Translations under genes and position numbers: made by a program
Shown here: piece after piece, positions 57,861 to 64,000 of the stretch
Position numbering within the stretch: position 1 is the stretch's first letter
How the letters are laid out: every line of letters starts with the position of its first letter
Notes under the pieces: model-generated
What the model was told of the DNA's origin: nothing
The model's input: the letters and a program-made list of their open reading frames with translations, nothing else
Databases searched by the model: none
Assembly: GCA_965222155.1 (NCBI GenBank)
Contig: CBDCTH010000012.1
Location: forward strand, 3,200,001 to 3,264,000
Length of the DNA stretch: 64,000 bases
Source of the DNA: Gammaproteobacteria bacterium
Lineage (GTDB): Bacteria; Pseudomonadota; Gammaproteobacteria; Eutrophobiales; Eutrophobiaceae
Direction of reading: 5' to 3'

Positions 57861-59384
57861 ATGAACATAGCGATACACATGAAACGATCCGGGAGTGCTT
57901 TCTCGGAGTATCCTGCTATCGCAAAAGGCTCCACGGTTTTGCGAACATACAATGAAGTGGCGGAACGCGTATCCCGTCTCGCCTTCGCATTGACCGGGCA
58001 TTTCAAACTTGAGCAGGGAGATCGTGTCGCCTTGACGATGAGTAATTGTCCAGAGTATCTGGAGATCCTGTATGCGTGCTGGCATGCAGGACTGGTCACT
58101 GTACCGGTCAATGCCAAATTTCACCAAAACGAATTCGCTTATATCCTGGAAAACAGCCAGGCAAAGATCTGTTTTGCCACGCACGATCTCGTCGAGACCA
58201 TAGCTCCTCTACTTGCGGGGGAAACGCTCGAAGCTGTCGTTGACGTTTCCGCTCAGGATTATCAGCAGTTACTTGACTGTGATCCTTTACCCATGGTTTC
58301 CCGCGAACCACGGGATCCCGCCTGGTTGTTTTATACCAGCGGCACTACGGGCAAACCAAAAGGTGCGGTACTCAGTCATCGCAATCTGCTTGCCACGTCG
58401 TTTTGTTATTTTGCAGATGTCGACCAGGAATCTCCCTGGCGGGCAATCCTGCATGCAGCACCCATGAGCCACGGTTCAGGTGTTTATGCGCTCGCCCATG
58501 TCATGCAGGCAAGTTGTCACGTGATCCCGGAAACCGGTGGATTTGATGTTGAAGAGATTTATCACTTGATCGAATCCTGGCCTGCCGCAGTATTTTTTGC
58601 AGCCCCGACCATGGTGAAACGACTACTGGATCATCCGGTCGATACCGACACCACCAACCTGAAAACCATTATCTATGGCGGCGGCCCCATGTATCTGGAG
58701 GATTGTCTTGCCGGACTGGAACGATACGGACCAAAGCTCGCGCAACTATACGGCCAGGGGGAGAGCCCCATGACCATCACCGCCTTGAGTTCGCGCATAC
58801 ATGCAGAGAAAGATCATCCCCGCTGGCGCCAGAGGCTTTCATCGGTGGGCACGCCACAGAGTGCAGTCCAGGTACGTGTCGCCAACACAGAAGGGGACTG
58901 GCTTCCCACAGGGGAAGTGGGAGAGGTGCTGGTGCGAGGAGAAAGCGTTATGAACGGATACTGGCGTAATCCGGAAGCGAGTGAGGAAACCTTACGCAAC
59001 GGCTGGTTGCACACGGGCGATTACGGATGTTTTGACGAGGAAGGATTCCTGACCCTGAAGGATCGTTCAAAAGACCTGATCATCTCCGGAGGAACAAATA
59101 TCTATCCACGTGAAGTGGAAGAAGTCCTGATCAAGCATCCTGACGTGTCGGAGGTAGCGGTTATCGGACGACCCGAGCGCGAATGGGGTGAGGTTGTCAT
59201 TGCCTACGTGGTTACATCGACGGACGAAAAGATTGATGAAAAGTCCTTGGATAATTTCTGCATCGAAAATATCGCGCGCTTCAAGCGCCCCAGGTTTTAT
59301 CGTACGGTGGACAGTCTGCCCAAGAGCAACTACGGCAAGGTGCTGAAGACAAAACTACGGGAAATGGAGCAGGAGTATGAATAA
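57861..59384 (+). CDS. Long-chain acyl-CoA synthetase (AMP-binding)
   Basis: YTSGTTGKPKG, YGQGE, GWLHTGD, DLIISGG. Confidence 0.93.
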   Translation: MNIAIHMKRSGSAFSEYPAIAKGSTVLRTYNEVAERVSRLAFALTGHFKLEQGDRVALTMSNCPEYLEILYACWHAGLVTVPVNAKFHQNEFAYILENSQAKICFATHDLVETIAPLLAGETLEAVVDVSAQDYQQLLDCDPLPMVSREPRDPAWLFYTSGTTGKPKGAVLSHRNLLATSFCYFADVDQESPWRAILHAAPMSHGSGVYALAHVMQASCHVIPETGGFDVEEIYHLIESWPAAVFFAAPTMVKRLLDHPVDTDTTNLKTIIYGGGPMYLEDCLAGLERYGPKLAQLYGQGESPMTITALSSRIHAEKDHPRWRQRLSSVGTPQSAVQVRVANTEGDWLPTGEVGEVLVRGESVMNGYWRNPEASEETLRNGWLHTGDYGCFDEEGFLTLKDRSKDLIISGGTNIYPREVEEVLIKHPDVSEVAVIGRPEREWGEVVIAYVVTSTDEKIDEKSLDNFCIENIARFKRPRFYRTVDSLPKSNYGKVLKTKLREMEQEYE

Positions 59385-59436
59385 CAAAACAATCAGTCGC
59401 TGACACTGGAACGTTAAGTCGACACCAGCCATGCAC

Positions 59437-59561
59437 ATGAAACAGAGTGTTCTCACCGATGAGCCTTATTACGAGCCCATAGCGGATGAGATCGCCGTTT
59501 TTGCCGTAGCGTATCAGAATCAGCTGCCGGTGCTCCTCAAAAGGCCCACCGGCTGCGGTAA
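59437..59561 (+). pseudogene. CbbQ/NirQ/NorQ AAA ATPase N-terminal fragment
   Basis: EPYYEP.ADE..VF..AY...LPVLLK.PTGCG, truncated in Walker A. Confidence 0.75.
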
Positions 59562-59570
59562 TTTACGAAC

Positions 59571-59672
59571 TCAGCCGCTGCGCGCCCGTACCGGATTTTC
59601 CAATACTCCGATCGGTGGTATCTCGACCCGCACCCGGTCACCGGATTTGAGAAAACGCGGCGGACGGATACT
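59571..59672 (-). pseudogene. Fumarylacetoacetate hydrolase family C-terminal fragment
   Basis: PPRFLKSGDRVRVEIPPIGVLENPV. Confidence 0.7.
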
Positions 59673-59781
59673 GATACTGTTCTATGAAGCGAAAGACTGG
59701 CATAATCGCTTCATGAAGTGGAAACGCTAACACGACGACTGGTCAGGCCCACCTGTTTGAGGTCGAAGTCGGGACATTTTC

Positions 59782-60028
59782 TCATACCTCAATAAACCCC
59801 AGATACTCCACAAACGGTTTGAAGTCTTTGTCTGAAAACAGGAGTGGAAGCCTTCGCTTTATGCAGAATGTGGCTATGATCACATCAGCCGTTTTGCGTA
59901 CAGTAATCCCTCTTCTGCGCAAAGCCCTGTAATTTTCAGCGCTCTCTATCGCTATTTCCCTGCCCAGTATGGCAAAGATAGTGACGCTTTCAAACAACGC
60001 TTTTGCTGTTTTATAGTCTTTATCGTGT
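59782..60028 (-). pseudogene. VapC/PIN toxin C-terminal fragment
   Basis: YRALRRRGITVRKTADVIIATFC...LLFSDKDF. Confidence 0.85.
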
Positions 60029-60029
60029 C

Positions 60030-60419
60030 TGAGTGGAAGACATGGAGGAAATGATGGGACAGATCATGTCCCATGATGCCAAGCCGGACAACAGCGAATC
60101 TCGGGCGCCGACAATCCAGGGGCGGGTTATTCACTTAGTGGTTACGGCGCAAGGCAGCGAAGGCCGGTTAATCACCAGTTAAGCTGATTTTGCTACCCAG
60201 CGTATCCCGCACAAAGCGGTAGGCCTCCTTGCGGTCTTGCAGTTGAAAGTCCACAGCCTCGTTGCCCGCCACAAAGGCGCGAAGCTGCTCCATTGTGCGT
60301 AACCGCCGCGTCTGAATGTCCACAATCATCCCCGAATGATGCAATGGACACCTGTTTCACTATCACTTCGCGTTGGAATCGACCTCCCGCTTCGCCATCA
60401 TTTCACATTGGACAAGGCT
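60030..60419 (-). mobile_element. Internally deleted IS remnant (integrase-core-type transposase N-terminus)
   Basis: MIVDIQTRRLRTMEQLRAFVAGNEAVDF from ATG 60329; boundaries approximate. Confidence 0.5.
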
Positions 60420-60755
60420 TCCCCTTTCGCACCCACGGATATAGTGGTATCTTCTCTTCGTTGTAGTAACTGCGTAGAGAAAGTTACCAACTATATTTTT
60501 GGAGACGGGGAAGTTGCCTGGAGAATCATTGGCTTTCAGAGGGCCAAAGTTACCTACTTTATTGTCATGCCACACTCCTCTGCCTGGCGTTGGCCTTCTT
60601 GGTGCTCCGCGGGAAAAACAAGCTGCGAAATCCCGACCTGTTAGTCGTCGCCTTGCTGGCGGGGGCCGGAGGTTTCGCTCGGCTTGAACGAAATACACGA
60701 TAGGGTGAAGTCAGGCAAGGCGGACAAATCGGAAGAAAACGGCAAGTAGACGGCT

Positions 60756-63455
60756 ATGGAACTGAAACTTGAGGAACTCTCATATCAGCGCGAGGTTATA
60801 GACGCCGTCGTGCGCCTGTTTGAGGGACAGCCGCGCAACACATTCGATATGGCTTGCCGCGCAGGTGTGCGAAGCAACGTCCTCACCATCCCCACCGGGC
60901 AGGTCCGCGAGAACCTCCTCGCAGCCATCGAAGACAGCGGCATTGACGAAGAAACGGCTTCTCTCGACGAAGCCCTGGACTTCTGTATCGAGATGGAGAC
61001 AGGTACCGGCAAGACTCTAGTCTACCTCAAGACGGCCTACCAACTCTACCGCCAATACGCCTTCACGAAGTTCATCATCCTCGTTCCCTCCGTCGCCATC
61101 AAGGAGGGCGTCCTGTCCACTTTCGACGTGTTCAAACAACAGCTTGCCGACGTGTACGGCTTCACGCCCGCATGCTTCGAGTACGACAGCAAGCGCTTGA
61201 ATCGCGTGACGGCCTTCGTCGAGGAGCAGCATCCCCAAATAATGGTGATGACGCTCCAGTCCTTCAATGCGGAGGACCGTATTCTTAACCAAACCCAGCG
61301 GGAAAATCTCTTCTTCAATATGCCCTTCATCGAGGCGATTGCGCACACGCGCCCGATCATCATCATGGACGAGCCGCAAGAGGGCATGGACACGGAGAAC
61401 ACCATCGCTCGTATCGACGCCCTCAAGCCGCTATGCAGGCTCCGCTATTCCGCGACACACAAGGTCATGCGGAATCTCGTGTACAGACTGACACCGTTTG
61501 ACAGCTATCAGCAGGGCCTCGTGAAAAAGATCGAGGTTCTGACTGTTGCAGAGCAAAACCAGGAAGCGACGTTGCGCGTCGAGCTAGTCGAAGTGAAAAC
61601 GTATCAGGATGGTAAGCCGCCGAGAGCGAAGCTGCGCCTCTGGTACGCAAAGCGAGACGGCTCGTTCACCTCCCGCGAGTCTCCATTTCTCAAGGTCGGC
61701 GACGATCTCGAAGAGAAGACGGGCAACGTCGGCTATCGGGGCTATGTTATTCGCCGCATCTCGAAGCTGCTTCGCGAGCGCACTTACCGCTGCGAATTTG
61801 AGAATGGCGCCGTCGTGGTCGAAAAAGAGAAAGCCGCCGACCTGGAGGGCATCTTCGGGGAGCAGCTCTATTGGCTGATCGATAGCCATTTCACGAAGCG
61901 TGACCGACTTGCGCCCTAGGGGATCAAGTGCTTGTCCCTCATCTTCATTGATCGTGTGGACAACTACGTCCAATCGGACGGCATCATTCGCCGTATCTTC
62001 GCCGAGAAATATCGACAGGTTTGCCGGGAGAAACTGAATCGCGAGTCTAGCGAGGAAGAAATAGCTGCCGTGCAGGGCTACTACTTCGCGCAGACCAGAA
62101 AGGGCGAGTACACCGACAACGAGCGTTCCATGCGCACGAACAAGGAGCTTTTCGACCTCATCTTGAAACAGAAGGAAGAATTGCTGCGCATTGGGAATCC
62201 GGTTGAGTTCATATTCTCGCATTCCGCCTTAGGCGTGGGATGGGACAATCCCAACGTGTTCAATATCGCGGCGCTCAACCAGAGCTACAGTGAGATAAAG
62301 AAGCGGCAAGAGATCGGTCGCGGACTTCGCATCTCCGTCAACCAAGAGGGCCGGCGCGTCTATGACGCAGATGACTGCCCGGAAGGCGATGAGATCAACC
62401 TACTGACGATTGTTCCGAACGAGACTTATGAAACTTTCGTGAGTCAATACCAGAGCGAAATCAACGAGGTATATGGAACAACTGCTTCCGGCGCGAAGAC
62501 AAGGCATAAGAAGAAGGATGCACACCCACGCAAGCGGCGCGTGAGAAGGAACGATGCGGTCTATGAAAGCGATTCCTTTCGTGAATTCTGGCGGCGTTTG
62601 AGTCTGCGCACCGACTACACGGTTGTCATAGATGAAGAAGCCGTTGTCACCCGTGCCGCCGAGGCCCTGAACGCCCTGAAGATTGAGCACTACACTGCTG
62701 AAGTAGCCCTCAACCGTGTTGAGCGGCTTGAAGCCAAAGGGGTGACGACACAGCACATGGGCAGCGAGAGCCGCCGCCTGCGTGCCACATTCGGGGCGGT
62801 GGACCTGGTCGAGGAAATCAGCGAGGGAACATCACTCGCCTATCCGACAGCGATCCGAGTCCTGAGCGACGTAACCAATCGCGCTGCCATCGTCGCAAAC
62901 CCCACCCGCTTCATTCACGAAGCATCATCGCGAATCCGGGAAATTGAACTGGATGAACTACTTCGCGGCTTGACCTATGCACCCAGCGGCGAGGAGTTCG
63001 ACATCTCGCGGCTTGAGCCGAGTATCGTGACCTACGCGGACACCATCGAAACGCCAAACCGGGGCCTGTATGACCGTGTTGTGTTCGACAGCAGTTTTGA
63101 GCGGGCGTTTGCAGGGTTCGCCGACAACGATGACGAAGTTGTATGTTTTCTCAAGCTCCCGGCCTTCTACCGGATTCCAACCCCTATCGGCTCCTACAAT
63201 CCTGATTTCGGCGTTGTACTTCGACGAAAGCGCTTGCGGGACGGCGAAGAGTCCGAGTTCTACTTTGTTGTCGAAACAAAGGGCACGAACAGGCTTGCCG
63301 ACAAGAAGGCGCTTCGTGAGAGCGAGGTCTACAAGATCAAGTGCGCGATGAAGCACTTCGATGCGCTGGGGGTGGGCGCGCATGTCAACTACGACGCGCC
63401 CGTCAAGGAATATCCTGTTTTCAAGGATCGCGCCAAAGGAGTGATGCATGCCTGA
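60756..63455 (+). pseudogene. res: Type III restriction enzyme Res subunit with in-frame TAG (61917)
   Basis: EMETGTGKT, MDEP, YSATH, GWDNPNVF, QEIGRGLR, YNPDF..VETKG in a single frame. Confidence 0.92.
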
Positions 63456-64000
63456 GAAAAGAAATTCCCATACGTCGGCAGTCACCGGTTCGGATACGAC
63501 TGCACTATTTGACCGGGTCGTAGTTATTCTCGAAGACGCCCGACGCCACGTAGCGCGGACGGTCAACAACACAATGGTTGTCGCGTATTGGCTGATTGGG
63601 CGAGAGATTGTGCAGGAACTGCAAGGGGGAGCGGGCAAAGCCGAATACGGGAAACAGGTCATTGCCGATCTTTCTCGCCGGCTCACAGAGCGCTATGGCA
63701 GGGGATTTTCCGTTCCGAACGTGCGCAACTTCCGGCAGTTCTATCTGGTTTACCAACAACGCGTTCTGGAGATTCGCTACCCGGCGGGTAGTGAATTTGG
63801 ACATGGGCCAGAAAACCGCTACCCAGCGGGTAGCGCGTCTGAGGAAGGTCGCCCAATGGGTGGCGAAGCCATACAGAAACAACACCCAACGGGCATTGAA
63901 TCGACACAAGGCTTCCACCCCGATCTAAGCTGGTCGCACTATCGCGCCCTGATGCGCGTAGAGAACGAGGAGGCGCGGCAATTCTATGAGCAGGAAGCCG
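63448..64000 (+). CDS. DUF1016/YhcG PD-(D/E)XK nuclease family (3' end outside window)
   Basis: AYWLIGREIV, AEYG, YGRGFS..N...FRQFY, LSWSHY; overlaps the res stop. Confidence 0.92.
   Translation, partial: MPEKRNSHTSAVTGSDTTALFDRVVVILEDARRHVARTVNNTMVVAYWLIGREIVQELQGGAGKAEYGKQVIADLSRRLTERYGRGFSVPNVRNFRQFYLVYQQRVLEIRYPAGSEFGHGPENRYPAGSASEEGRPMGGEAIQKQHPTGIESTQGFHPDLSWSHYRALMRVENEEARQFYEQEA

Overview
Bacterial chromosomal window, about 55% GC in the core genes; a gammaproteobacterial origin is inferred from the gene styles and the mnmG-rsmG-parA-parB block. Layout: (1) LPS genes and an HMG-CoA-lyase-family gene (1-2.8 kb). (2) A ~16 kb defence/TA/IS island between that lyase and a class V aminotransferase, apparently two strain alleles stacked in tandem (2.8-19 kb). 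(3) A ~29 kb catabolic cluster for an unknown substrate: oxidoreductases, acyl-CoA ligase, TRAP, CoA transferase, LeuCD-like, cyclic amidohydrolase, hydantoinase A/B, MFS and a GntR/UTRA regulator with candidate operators (19-48 kb). (4) mnmG-rsmG-parA-parB. (5) A second accessory region with ISAs1, HipBA/VapC remnants and a type III Res plus DUF1016 gene. Many genes carry single nonsense or frameshift lesions or deletion scars, consistent with early genome erosion, although assembly error cannot be excluded. The most unusual signal is a set of small non-autonomous elements. One is a 72-bp four-hairpin element in four divergent copies, all exactly 72 bp and frame-preserving, with a duplicated dinucleotide and no TIR. 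Another is a 456-bp MITE inserted in the 5' end of mnmG that supplies a replacement start codon. A third is a REP-carrying MITE family with 9-bp TSDs, and a fourth is a 100-bp MITE matching a resident IS5. No rRNA, tRNA, CRISPR array or integrase was seen. All calls are from motif recognition by eye; no database search was run.
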